Positions 55,833 through 64,000 of a stretch of 64,000 nucleotides of DNA are shown here, piece after piece. Position 1 is the stretch's first letter, and the number at the start of each line of letters is the position of its first letter. Location of the stretch: assembly GCA_963803975.1 (NCBI GenBank), contig CAWDOY010000003.1, positions 112,446 to 176,445 of the forward strand, given 5' to 3'. A program made the translations under genes and the position numbers. The DNA comes from an uncultured delta proteobacterium (lineage in GTDB: Bacteria > Desulfobacterota > WTBG01 > CAIYCZ01). The notes under the pieces are model-generated. The model was not told the origin of the DNA and searched no databases. It was given only the letters and a program-made list of their open reading frames with translations.

Positions 55833-57272
55833 ATGAAAATTCTTAAAATAGTCCTACTATGTATAGTTGTTCTTGTTATCGCAGGGTATGGATTATACAA
55901 GTATAAAAACCTACCACAAAAACCCGATTATTATGAGTTCTATAAGAATCAGGATACCGTGCCTGAAGGGAAGATAGGGGTTCTGGTGGCCGGCTTGATC
56001 ATGCCGGAAAAGATCAGCCCGGTGTTTTTCAATAATGTAGCGAAAAAAATCTTTAAGACGATCGTTCCCTGGCCGGCCCGCAATTTTGTTACAGCAGATA
56101 AAGGGGTCGCTCTGCTTGATCCGGTTACGTTCCACTCTCATGAATCTTTTACGCCGACCAGTCTTATTGACCCTGATGGTAGCGACCGTGACATAGACGG
56201 AATGCCCTATATCGAGAAGTATAAGCAGGGACTGGTGAAATGGGTTCCCCCATCATCCATGCTCTATCTTGATCACGGCTATTTTCTCTACACCGGACGC
56301 AAGGGTGGCCAGCCAACTATTTGCGGGAAAATAATAAATAAATCCCGCATCTGGTATCACAATAAAGGCAGCCTCCAGCATGATCTTCCCCACTGGAAGC
56401 AGACCTTTAAGGTAATTGATGGTGCACATGAAAAGCTGAAGGAAAAATATGGAAATATTGAGTTCCGGGCTGAATGTAATATGTTTTATTATGAGCTGCG
56501 CGAAAAGCTCTATGAACTGCTCGATGCAGGATGCACTACGCTCGTGCTCAGCTCGCCTCTTCCCATGTACTCGCACTTTGAAGAATTTAACTCAGGTTTT
56601 CGCCACTGCTTTGAGTTTATTGAGGAGTGGGAAAAAGAACACCCCGGTAAGAAAATTAAGGTCATCATGGCGCCGCCCATGGGGCTCTATCAGCCCTATC
56701 GAAAGGCGTTTTTAGAAATGCTGAAAGACCGATTGGATACTTTGCCTAAAGATGCCAGCATTACGGTAGTGGTAAGTGTTCACGGCATGCCCTGGGATCT
56801 TTTCACATGGGAAGCATGGATACAGCTTGCTCCACCCTGGCGCGACAAGCTGTTTGAAGAAATCAAGGAGATGGTGGATTCATATAAATTTAAAAAGACT
56901 AATGTGGTAGCAGCACAGGATGAGTTTGCAGACCCGATCTGGGACCCAAAACAAAAATATCTTTCAACCAACCGCGCCTACTGGAATGCAATCAAGGAAG
57001 GATATGATTATGCGATTAATATCCCGATAGAATTTTATGGCGAAAACTCAGATACGATGTTTCACCATGCACTGAAAAACTATCACGGGTTTGATCAGTA
57101 TGATTTGTATAAGCCGATTGATTATCCTGACTGGTCGGTTCCTTTAACCAGAGAATTTGTACAAGGAAAAACCCGCATAATATATAATGGAGTGCCGGTA
57201 GGCAAATATCAAAAGTACGTAATTGAAGCATTTTACCAATCAATTGACTCCATTTTATCTAAGAAAAAATAA
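55833..57272 (+). CDS. membrane-anchored ferrochelatase-like (class II chelatase fold) protein
   Basis: N-terminal TM helix; KIGVLVAGLIMPEK and ITVVVSVHGMPWD resemble HemH signatures. Confidence 0.35.
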   Translation: MKILKIVLLCIVVLVIAGYGLYKYKNLPQKPDYYEFYKNQDTVPEGKIGVLVAGLIMPEKISPVFFNNVAKKIFKTIVPWPARNFVTADKGVALLDPVTFHSHESFTPTSLIDPDGSDRDIDGMPYIEKYKQGLVKWVPPSSMLYLDHGYFLYTGRKGGQPTICGKIINKSRIWYHNKGSLQHDLPHWKQTFKVIDGAHEKLKEKYGNIEFRAECNMFYYELREKLYELLDAGCTTLVLSSPLPMYSHFEEFNSGFRHCFEFIEEWEKEHPGKKIKVIMAPPMGLYQPYRKAFLEMLKDRLDTLPKDASITVVVSVHGMPWDLFTWEAWIQLAPPWRDKLFEEIKEMVDSYKFKKTNVVAAQDEFADPIWDPKQKYLSTNRAYWNAIKEGYDYAINIPIEFYGENSDTMFHHALKNYHGFDQYDLYKPIDYPDWSVPLTREFVQGKTRIIYNGVPVGKYQKYVIEAFYQSIDSILSKKK

Positions 57273-57407
57273 TTTGTTATTTGCCTGACTCGCAAGCAGG
57301 TTCAGACCTTGCCGCATAAGGATGGGTCTGAACCTGCTTGGAAAATTCAATCTGCAACACATAATATATCAACCAGCACTAAATGGGTCTTAACGGTGGA
57401 GAAATTA

Positions 57408-57995
57408 ATGGACATTTTAGCAATCTGTGGAAGTCCCAGAAAACATAAAACTACTCACAGCGTGCTGGAGGCGGTACTGTCTGGAGCAGGCAGGCCATAT
57501 GAAATACTGTGGCCTGCTTTTATGAAGATTGGCCACTGCATAAGCTGTCAAAAGTGTAAGTACAAAACACCTGGCGAATGCTGGCAGGACGATGACATGA
57601 AAGTGGCCATCGAAAAAATGTTTGCAGCCAGAGCGCTTATAATAGCATCTCCCACTTATTTTGGTAATGTACCAGGCCCCTTAAAGAACTTTATCGATAG
57701 AACCATCCCTACCTGCTATACCGGCAAGGGAGACACTTGGATGGGAGCAGAGAACCACGGGAAACGGCCTTTTAAGGGGCAACTCGGCATGATTGTTGTC
57801 GTGTCGGGTGGTGCTGACCAGGAGAAAACAGCAGCTAATCTGCGCCTGGTATTTGATTATTATGAATATGCTGTGATTGGAGAATTTGCCGAGAGCATGG
57901 GTGGGATTATTGTCAGCAAACAAGAATACCCGGATATCTATACCAGGCTTTTTGCTCTTGGCAAAATACTTGATGAAGCCCTGAAAACAAGGTAA
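57408..57995 (+). CDS. iron-sulfur flavoprotein (Isf)/NADPH-dependent FMN reductase family
   Basis: MDILAICGSPRK plus compact CISCQKCKYKTPGEC motif. Confidence 0.65.
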   Translation: MDILAICGSPRKHKTTHSVLEAVLSGAGRPYEILWPAFMKIGHCISCQKCKYKTPGECWQDDDMKVAIEKMFAARALIIASPTYFGNVPGPLKNFIDRTIPTCYTGKGDTWMGAENHGKRPFKGQLGMIVVVSGGADQEKTAANLRLVFDYYEYAVIGEFAESMGGIIVSKQEYPDIYTRLFALGKILDEALKTR

Positions 57996-58004
57996 TATAC
58001 GAAC

Positions 58005-59117
58005 ATGACAATAGAAGGGATAAATTCCAAAACAGGGATAATCATGATTGGCCATGGAGAGCCGGAAGTCTTTGAAGAAGAACTGTGGGCTGAAGCGCTG
58101 CATGAAATGTTTGAGGAGTTAAAGAGAACCGGTATCGAAGCTCCTTCTGATGAAGCCATTCCCCTGATGCTGCCCATAATAGAGGGAAAATATGCAGCCA
58201 TAGGGGGCAGATCAAGACATAATGAGATCATTGGCAAGCAAAGCGAACTAATAGCCCGGACGTTGCATGAACACGTAGTCAGTTATGGATTCAATGAATT
58301 CACCAGCCCGCATTTTACGGCCGTTACCGAGCAGATGATACGTGAAGGAATAACCAGGATGGTGTTTGTTCCCATGCTGATGACAGATTCCTCGCATACG
58401 CAGGAGATAAAAAATAAAATTGAATGCATGAATCTGCAAGAACAGGGTGTTACCTGGGTTATGAGTAAGCCACTCTTTTATAGACCGGAACCAATACAAC
58501 TGGTAATAAATAAAATTATGCGAGCTGCGGGAAACATTCCGCCAGATAAAACAGGCATACTACTCGTTTCCCATGGAGAACCGGATCAGTGGGCTTTATC
58601 GTCCACTATACATACCAAATGCAATGAGCAGGAGAAAGCGTTTGCTTTGAGTGTAAAAAAGGGGCTTATTGAGAGAGGCTTCCCAGGGGAGAATATCGTG
58701 CGGGCATTTAATGAATTCACCCATCCTGAAATAGCAGAAGCGGCTGAAGGACTGGCGCATAAAAAAGTCAAAAAGATTATTGCCGCAGCCACCTTTGGCA
58801 ATACTGACTGTATCCATGTAAACTATGACATACCGGCAAAACTAATAGAATCTATTGATAACGCAGCCGTAGAGATTGTTTGTCTTGATGGGTGGAATGA
58901 AGATCCTCTGCTGATTACCGCATATTGCGAACTGATCAAGGAATCGCTGCTACTGCTATCTGAAAACCAGATTGAAGGTTGCTACCTGTCGAAGGGGGGT
59001 AGCAGCGTCTGCAGTCAGAATGCAAACAATCATTACAGAGCAATAATAAAGCGTCTGGCTGCTGCTCGCATAGGGGCACATGTCTCTTTATCCCTGACCA
59101 TAGAGCCGTACGACTAA
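58005..59117 (+). CDS. two-domain class II chelatase-fold protein (paralog of 52300..53239) with extra C-terminal domain
   Basis: GIIMIGHGEPE and GILLVSHGEPD; alignable over ~300 aa to the 52300 protein. Confidence 0.5.
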   Translation: MTIEGINSKTGIIMIGHGEPEVFEEELWAEALHEMFEELKRTGIEAPSDEAIPLMLPIIEGKYAAIGGRSRHNEIIGKQSELIARTLHEHVVSYGFNEFTSPHFTAVTEQMIREGITRMVFVPMLMTDSSHTQEIKNKIECMNLQEQGVTWVMSKPLFYRPEPIQLVINKIMRAAGNIPPDKTGILLVSHGEPDQWALSSTIHTKCNEQEKAFALSVKKGLIERGFPGENIVRAFNEFTHPEIAEAAEGLAHKKVKKIIAAATFGNTDCIHVNYDIPAKLIESIDNAAVEIVCLDGWNEDPLLITAYCELIKESLLLLSENQIEGCYLSKGGSSVCSQNANNHYRAIIKRLAAARIGAHVSLSLTIEPYD

Positions 59118-59842
59118 AAAATTACCTGAGATACGCATATTTCATCCGGCAGAGGAACGCTTCTTCCCATGGTATCCTCCCCGTAATTAACTTCAGCAAG
59201 CAGCTTGAGATCGTGGAGTGTTTTTTTATCTCCCCGGAACTCAACTGCCGTGATACCCTCCTTTTTTATGATTCCAGCAGCCCACATCATGTCAATGACA
59301 CTCGCGGCATCGAACTCTTTATTGCTTACTACCATGGTTGTTTTAGTGCCGTAGTTGTTTACTGCTTTAGCCACAAGGGTTGATGGTCTAAGATGAAAGC
59401 CAAGTCCCTGGGGTACATTAAGCGTGATGGAATCAACAACGGTATATTTTGTGACAATAGATTCAGCCAGCGTCAGGCCGTCTTTTATAAACAGGGTGTA
59501 GTAATAAAGAGCAAAATTAATAATGGTATTGAGCACTTCTTTTCTGCTGACAATTTTTTCAATGCGCTTCATGGTGCTTTCAGCCCGCACTTTGGTTTCA
59601 TGCCGTTCAACAAAATGACAGAGGCCCTGGGCGATTTCCAGAAAATGGAGGGTAATGGAAATATAGCCGCGTAAACTTTTCAGCGATTCGTCCTTCAATT
59701 CAACCGGCGTTTTATGAATATAGGTATCATACATTGACTGCAGACTGTGCATTTTAGCTTCGATATGACGCAGGATGTCTTCATTGATTTTTGCCGGTAT
59801 GAGTTTTTCTATATTTTTATCAGTGATTTTTTTCTCGAACAA
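59114..59842 (-). CDS. HPr-domain (phosphocarrier-like) protein with N-terminal helical domain
   Basis: C-terminal GLGFHLRPSTLVAKAV...TAVEFRGDKKTLHDLKLLAEV HPr-like fold. Confidence 0.5.
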   Translation of the reverse strand: MFEKKITDKNIEKLIPAKINEDILRHIEAKMHSLQSMYDTYIHKTPVELKDESLKSLRGYISITLHFLEIAQGLCHFVERHETKVRAESTMKRIEKIVSRKEVLNTIINFALYYYTLFIKDGLTLAESIVTKYTVVDSITLNVPQGLGFHLRPSTLVAKAVNNYGTKTTMVVSNKEFDAASVIDMMWAAGIIKKEGITAVEFRGDKKTLHDLKLLAEVNYGEDTMGRSVPLPDEICVSQVIF

Positions 59843-59928
59843 TAAGATGTTCCGAAGCTTTTATAACGGCAAGAAATTCAGCGGCAACGCGGGTAACATT
59901 TTCATTAATTTCATGCACCGTCTCCTCG

Positions 59929-60426
59929 TCAATCGTGTGGGGCAGGATCTTTAACGATCAGATTTTCTTCCACATCTTCTTCATTAAGCACGCAGGATGG
60001 GATGCTCAAGTGGTTAAATAGTTCAGCCTCTTTTTTAAGACTGGAAAAGAGGGATATGATGGACTCATTCAGGAACTGCACTATCAACTGGGCATCCTGA
60101 ATAAAGGAAGTCTCATGTTTATTGTTCAGGCGGTACAGAGTGATGCGGCGCAGTATATGGCTGATTATATAGGCAACGTTTGCAAAGTTGCGGATAGAAG
60201 CGACAAGTTCACCAAAATAGACCCAGGTTTTGTTGTTGCGCGCCCCATGGTCATCGAGCAGGTCTTCTAAATCCGTTGCTTCCTTAATCAGTATCCCATA
60301 CAGCTTTTTGTTGAGCTTGTGGGTATTATCAAGCAAACAGGATGACAGAATAAGCATTTTACGGGCTGCTTTTTGTGCAATGCCCAGAAACTCTTCTTCC
60401 TTTATTATTTCAAGCAGTGATTCCAT
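59929..60426 (-). CDS. hypothetical protein, possibly the 5' part of the HPr-domain gene
   Basis: 165-aa helical ORF separated by 86 bp and a frame change from 59114..59842. Confidence 0.3.
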   Translation of the reverse strand: MESLLEIIKEEEFLGIAQKAARKMLILSSCLLDNTHKLNKKLYGILIKEATDLEDLLDDHGARNNKTWVYFGELVASIRNFANVAYIISHILRRITLYRLNNKHETSFIQDAQLIVQFLNESIISLFSSLKKEAELFNHLSIPSCVLNEEDVEENLIVKDPAPHD

Positions 60427-60466
60427 ATTTCCCCTGTTTGTGTCTCAAGACCAATGGTAGATGGTT

Positions 60467-62186
60467 CTAATCGTTAATGGTATCAGGCTCCTGGCTCATG
60501 AAAATGTGAAAAGGCCAGGGGATAAGGGCCGCATTCAGCTCTAAGGAATCATCAACCGCAGGGTTGATATTTTTTCTTATACAGGGAAGATAGCCGGGCG
60601 CTGCAATAGTAATGTCAGTTTTGCAGACCGGAAGATCCAAAGTATAGAATCCCTCTGTATCTGTTTTAGAAAGCGCACCATAGCCGGTGCTGACGACAAC
60701 AGCTTCAATTGGCTTCCCGGTAAAGATATTGTGTACTGCTCCGTGAACAGTTCCCATGCCAGCAGCTTCAAGTAAAACATCCTGCTCCAGTATGTTATCA
60801 CCAGACACGACAATATCAGCTTGTGCTCCGGAGAGGTAACAAGGGTGCGACACGTTGACGGTATGGCTGCCGGGCTCTATATCTTTCAGCATATATCTGC
60901 CATCAGAAGAGCTGATGCAGGAAACTGCAGGATCTTCCTTCAGGGTTACTATGGCCCCCTTAATGCCACAGCCGTTATGGCGGTCCCGGATGAAACCTGA
61001 AATAATTCCCAGAGGCTGCATTGAAAAATTGAGAGTGGTCACCGTCCCCTTGCCTATTGATACGGATTTCAATATTGGCAGCAAACCCTGCCGTGAGGCA
61101 AACAGGGTCAGTCGTACAGATGCTCGAGTATAATTTATAGGTTCCGTCTTGAGTGCTGAAACTGGCTGCGCCATTATCCGCCTCTACGCGCACACCCGAT
61201 AGCGGAGCTCCGGTATCACGATTGGTAATTAACCCCCGGATGAGTCCGGTACCATTTGTTGTGGGGATGAGAGAGAAATCATAGGTTTTTACAGAAAAAG
61301 GGCTGAGAAAAAAGGTTTGACTGCTGAACTGATAACCATCAGCGCTGACGATCAGGGTAGACAGTCCAAGAGGGGTATCTATGGAATAGAATCCATCACT
61401 GCTTGCGGAGATTTCGCCGGCATTTGAAATAATAATAGCGTCATTTATCCGTATGCCGGTGCAGGCATCCTTGATGATACCTTTAACCGCGATGCGAGCA
61501 GCAGGAGCTGTATTGAGTTCAACATTAAGATTGGTTGTAACATAGGGGTATAGGGGATATTTTTTAACTTGTTTACTGGTAAACCCGTCTGCAGAAAAAG
61601 TAATGGTAACCACGCCTGAGGGGGAAGGCAACCTGAAACTGCCGTCCCTGCCGCTTGAAATGGTTGCGCCGCCAAGGTCCGTTGTGATCAGTGCCCCCTG
61701 AATACCCTCTCCGTTAGAAGAGCGAACTATATGACCCTCAACATAGCCAACCGGGGTGGAAGCGGGTGTAATGCCGAAATCGACCTGTGCAATGTTTCCG
61801 GGAGTAGCGGGAATACCTGATAAGAGATTTGCCGAAGAGTCAGGCGCAGTTGCGATTAACGTATAGATGCTGGGAGGAACGCGTAACACATACGCCCCGT
61901 TTGACGAGGCGGTTGAAACTCCATTTGCCGTTGTAATGGTTGCACCGGTTACCAGCGTACTGCTAAACGTGTTAAATATGGTGCCTTTGATAAATGCGGG
62001 CTGAATAGCATGTGCGGGGATAGCTGAAAAGGGCAGAGAAAACAGAGAGAACAGTAAAAGCGCAAGTATCATAACTGCCGGAATGCAGTTCGACGGTGGG
62101 GTGCTTCTATTTTTCAACAAAAACCCGGTGTCCACTAAAGGGCAGTAGATCGCCTGCCTTAAGATTATATTTTCTGATAATTTCAT
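60467..62186 (-). CDS. secreted protein with tandem carboxypeptidase-regulatory-like domains; one frameshift
   Basis: Signal peptide; 5-6 CarbopepD_reg-like repeats (e.g. GLITNRDTGAPLSGVRVEADNGAASFSTQDGTYKL); ORFs overlap 60975-61174. Confidence 0.5.
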
Positions 62187-62427
62187 TATCGAGCGATACT
62201 TTTTCCCCGCTGATGGTGATATAATATTTACGCATCGGTATTACCATCGCTTTACGAGCGGGCTTTTTTGATGGCTTTTTTATTGCTCTGACCTGTTTTT
62301 TTACCGGTTTCTGCTTTGTCTTGGTTTTGGCTGCTGCGGCAGTGCTGCTTTTTTGCCTGGTGCGAACCTTGCGCTGTACCTTGGTGCGACGGGAGATCAG
62401 AGACTTACTTTTTTTTGCTTTCATCAA
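62107..62427 (-). CDS. AbrB/MazE/SpoVT-type DNA-binding domain protein with Lys/Ala-rich N-terminal tail
   Basis: C-terminal YYITISGEKVSLDNEIIRKYNLKAGDLLPF swapped-hairpin pattern; histone-like basic tail. Confidence 0.4.
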   Translation of the reverse strand: MMKAKKSKSLISRRTKVQRKVRTRQKSSTAAAAKTKTKQKPVKKQVRAIKKPSKKPARKAMVIPMRKYYITISGEKVSLDNEIIRKYNLKAGDLLPFSGHRVFVEK

Positions 62428-62665
62428 CTGGTTTCTGTTTTAACCTTTTCAGTAGATTAATCGGCTTGTGAATAATCTCACATTCCTCTAATTTGTTTTG
62501 CCCGTCAGGCAAAAGACCGGAAATATCTTTTACATATTTTTCCTGTTCTGCTAATTCCATATGCTCAACTAAACGTTTATCCTTTATATCCATGGCAACT
62601 CATTCCTCTCCCAAATTACTGTATGGCGGGGTTTCAAGACATTTTATTTTAAAAAACCATTATGG

Positions 62666-63046
62666 TTATGAAACACCGCTTATCAGGGAATCCCGTATCT
62701 GCAGGATCTCTTCCTTTATCTCTTTTAATACCTCCCGGTATTTATGCGGTACAAAGCCGAGGGGTAACTGTTTCTCTTTATCTTTCTCTTTCTCGTGAAT
62801 GTTTGAATCTTTCAGTTTTAGCTTTGCCCCGGCAATGGTAAACTTATCCTCATAGAGCATTTTTTTTATTTTTAGAATTGATTCAACGTCTTTTTTACGG
62901 TACAGGCGCTGATTTGATTTTGTCCGGTATGGTTTCACTAACTTGAATTCTGATTCCCAATAGCGCAAAATGTACGGCTCAACCCCGGTAATCTTGCACA
63001 CTTCGCCTATTTTAAAGTAGAGCTTATCGGGAATTACTGCTACCAT
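62666..63046 (-). CDS. MerR-family transcriptional regulator
   Basis: [28 protein letters not shown]; follows ihfA, which is conserved synteny. Confidence 0.7.
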   Translation of the reverse strand: MVAVIPDKLYFKIGEVCKITGVEPYILRYWESEFKLVKPYRTKSNQRLYRKKDVESILKIKKMLYEDKFTIAGAKLKLKDSNIHEKEKDKEKQLPLGFVPHKYREVLKEIKEEILQIRDSLISGVS

Positions 63047-63186
63047 GATATGTCTGCTCCCGGCGTTTCGTATCTGACTTAGTTATCTTTATATAAATTA
63101 TTAACTAAGTGCAAGGAAATTATAACAATAATTAGAATTTATATGCAGCTTTATGGTAACGCTGCTAAATAAAAAATAAAGTTATA

Positions 63187-63462
63187 TTATCTATTTAGGT
63201 ATTTCTTGAGTACCGGGCTTGCCTTAAAAGTAAGCACACTGCGCGCTGAAATGGCGATCTCTTCCCCGGTCTGCGGGTTTCTGCCCCGTCTCACCTTCTT
63301 TGAACGAACATTAAAATTTCCAAACCCTGATATTTTTACCTTATCGCCGTGCTCAAGGGAAGATCGGATAATTTCAAAAATAAGCTCAACAATCATTGTT
63401 GATTCCTTTTTGGAAAGCCCCACCTTTTCATAAATGTTTGCAATTAAATCTGCCTTGGTCAT
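63187..63462 (-). CDS. ihfA: integration host factor subunit alpha
   Basis: GFGNFNVRSKKVRRGRNPQTGEEIAISARSVLTFK. Confidence 0.8.
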   Translation of the reverse strand: MTKADLIANIYEKVGLSKKESTMIVELIFEIIRSSLEHGDKVKISGFGNFNVRSKKVRRGRNPQTGEEIAISARSVLTFKASPVLKKYLNR

Positions 63463-63487
63463 AAATCAGTGCCCTCCTTGAAATGTG

Positions 63488-64000
63488 TTACCTGAGATCA
63501 GCTCCTACCTCTTTGGTTAGGTGTAGGAGAAGCTTTTCCTGGATTTTATTTATTTCATCATCAGTAAGGTTGCGGCTGTAGGATTGATACTGTATTCGAT
63601 ATGCAAGGCTCTTTTTCCCCGGCGGAATCGTGCCGCCGGAAAAACAATCGAACAGCAGGATATGCTCAATCAGTTTATTTTTAAATGAAGCAATAGCATT
63701 GTGTACCGCCTCTGCGGTTACGCTTTCATCAACTATCAGGGCAACGTCGCGATAAATCGCCGGATGGCGGGGCAGTGGGGCAAACTGAGCAGCTTTTCCG
63801 GAAACAGAGGAACAGATAAAATCAAAATCAAGATCAAACAGATACGCAGTCCGGTCAATATTGAATTTTTCCAGCACTTCAGGATGCACCTCGCCAACAA
63901 AGCCGGCGTAGAAATCATCGGCTACCAGGGACAGGCAATTGTGCGGATGCATGAATGGCTCACGGATATCATGCATAAAACGGATATTTGAAATAGATGC
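63488..64000 (-). CDS. pheT: phenylalanine--tRNA ligase beta subunit, C-terminal part (runs off the window)
   Basis: FDX-ACB C-terminal domain (DVALIVDESVTAEAV...YRIQYQS); pheT-ihfA synteny. Confidence 0.75.
   Translation of the reverse strand, partial: ASISNIRFMHDIREPFMHPHNCLSLVADDFYAGFVGEVHPEVLEKFNIDRTAYLFDLDFDFICSSVSGKAAQFAPLPRHPAIYRDVALIVDESVTAEAVHNAIASFKNKLIEHILLFDCFSGGTIPPGKKSLAYRIQYQSYSRNLTDDEINKIQEKLLLHLTKEVGADLR

Noticed and set aside
63701-63991. 96-aa plus-strand ORF
   Set aside because: It is antisense to the conserved pheT C-terminal (FDX-ACB) coding region.

Overview
This 64-kb window is a ~45% GC bacterial chromosomal segment. The gene content is Desulfobacterota/deltaproteobacteria-like (Isf, CooC, NiFe-hydrogenase remnants, a second EF-G, pheT-ihfA-merR synteny). 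Housekeeping genes are intact: dnaE, guaA, guaB, an EF-G paralog, rsmA, mogA, mmsA, a leuA/leuB-like pair and ihfA. Many accessory genes are split by frameshifts. Three regions stand out. (1) 44.4-59.1 kb holds two paralogous pairs of NifD/BchN-like and NifK/BchB-like 'nitrogenase component 1' proteins; the B-like subunits carry two C-terminal PCP_red domains. No NifH-like ATPase is in the window. The pairs sit with three class-II (CbiX/HemH-like) chelatase-fold proteins, a 2[4Fe-4S] ferredoxin plus a geranylgeranyl-reductase-family flavoprotein, an Isf flavoprotein and a MarR regulator. This looks like an uncharacterised nitrogenase-like tetrapyrrole or cofactor-modifying system. (2) 10.1-15.3 kb holds three adjacent secreted proteins with different N-terminal domains (small domain, M6 metalloprotease, TolB-like beta-propeller). 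All share a Cys-rich CPxDYPxDCxNGYCCPxDYPxCG module followed by a conserved C-terminal domain. (3) 33.5-44.4 kb is a mosaic defence/mobile island. It contains RhuM and ORF6N fragments, an IS5/IS1182-family IS with inverted repeats, and a ~65% GC, heavily frameshifted type I R-M operon (hsdM-hsdS-hsdR). The window starts with decayed [NiFe]-hydrogenase small and large subunit genes next to an intact maturation protease.
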